The notes beneath the pieces are model-generated. The model saw only the letters and a program-made list of their open reading frames with translations. It did not search any database and had not been told where the DNA came from. 64,000 nt of DNA from Phoronis australis (Eukaryota > Animalia > Phoronida): contig NMRA01000814.1 in NCBI GenBank assembly GCA_002633005.1, positions 1 to 64,000 on the forward strand, read 5' to 3'. The translations under genes were made by a program, and so were the position numbers. How positions within the stretch are numbered: position 1 is the first letter of the stretch; each line of letters opens with the position of its first letter. Shown piece by piece: positions 62,849 to 64,000 of the stretch.

Positions 62849-63171
62849 GTATGTTCACTTGACTGCTCTGTGACTGTATGTTCAGTTGGCTGCATAACGC
62901 TTAATCGTCGCGAGAGACCGTCCGGAGTTGGTATATGGTGCAACTCAGGACGGTCTGGGGTCTACACAAAACCACAATTCAACTGTGAGTCTACACCAAT
63001 GTGATAAACGAGAGTAGTTCTACTTGTTGCGTCAGCTGCTGGTATGCTTATTTCTTTTATGACACACAATGTGTGACTGGGCGAAGCGTTTTCAAAATAA
63101 TGTGGATAAATCAGTGGAGTGTGAGACCCCTGAGGTCCCTGTCAAGTCCTCACGGCAATTTTACGTTATGG

Positions 63172-63720
63172 TGCTTTGTGTCTTCAGTTGACTGTGCTTT
63201 GTGACTGTATGTTCAGTTGACTGTGCTTTGTGACTGTATGTTCAGTTGACTGTGCTTTGTGACTGTATGTTCAGTTGACTGTGCTTTGTGACTGTATGTT
63301 CAGTTGACTGTGCTCTGTGACCATTGCTGTGCTGGGGTAGGAACATAGGTATGCTTCTTTGGCAGACACAGATCTTAGGTGAGCTTTGTAGATGCAGGAC
63401 CCTTGTGTGAGGCATGCTTTGTAGATGCAGGACCCTCGTGTGAGGCATGCTTTGTAGATGCAGGACCTTCGTGAAAAAGTCAAATAATACAAACTGCCAC
63501 GACTGAGAGCAAAGTGTTCCATGAGTATCCTCGGGACATTTCAAGTATTCACTATCAAAATGACGGCCACTGAAGTGATTGGTTGGTGAGGTTGGAATGT
63601 TGAGTGATTGGTTGGCGAGGTTGAATGTTGAGTGATTAGTTGGTGAGGTTGGAATGTTGAGTGATTGGTTGGCCGAGGTTGGAATGTTGAGTGATTGGTT
63701 GGTGAGGTTGGAATGTTGAA
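63172..63720 (+). repeat. Three adjacent minisatellites (29 bp x~5, 33 bp x~3, 29 bp x5)
   Basis: Units TTCAGTTGACTGTGCTTTGTGACTGTATG; TTTGTAGATGCAGGACCCTCGTGTGAGGCATGC; GTGATTGGTTGGTGAGGTTGGAATGTTGA. Confidence 0.9.
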
Positions 63721-64000
63721 TTATGGAATAGAATTCACTGTTTCCATTCCATTCCGTATAACTATATTTTGAGTGTCTCTTGTTTAGGGAAGTGGCCCTA
63801 TTTCATAAACACGATTCATGCTTATTGTGAAAACCTGGAATATGCTCAAAATATTTGGAAAATGTATAAGTTTGTGGGAAATTGTGTATAATTATATCAC
63901 CTTCATTTTACAAGTCATGTAGGTTGAAGATTTTGTGGGTTGAGTTTCATTTTGACTTAGTGATAATTGACAAAAATTGTAAATCAATGCAGTGTCTACG

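Overview
Invertebrate (probably lophotrochozoan) genomic scaffold with two N-gaps (6987-7514, 50040-50441) and two single-N joints (8334, 11360). It is mostly nested transposon debris. Host genes: the first three coding exons of LRSAM1 (+, 58579-62848), an orphan terminal death-domain exon (+, 17173-17468) and a Sushi/CCP exon followed by a Ser/Thr-rich exon (-, 25529-24807). Mobile DNA: Kolobok deletion derivatives of two families, an Academ element with long TIRs, a SWIM+YqaJ exonuclease remnant, a rearranged Gypsy, several LINE remnants, MULE/Harbinger/5-bp-TSD MITEs, a self-nested Helentron-like chain and many minisatellites. The most unusual item is a minus-strand chimera at 8410-11258. 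It runs: intronless CCDC150-like fragment, fused directly to a tRNA-Ser PBS, then a short internal region, a PPT, a 153-bp LTR containing a tRNA-like Pol III promoter (Helenus/TRIMp3-like), and an open 299-codon zinc-finger ORF. A solo copy of the same LTR lies at 57940-58081. No rRNA, true tRNA gene or CRISPR array was seen. All family assignments come from manual motif recognition, not database searches.
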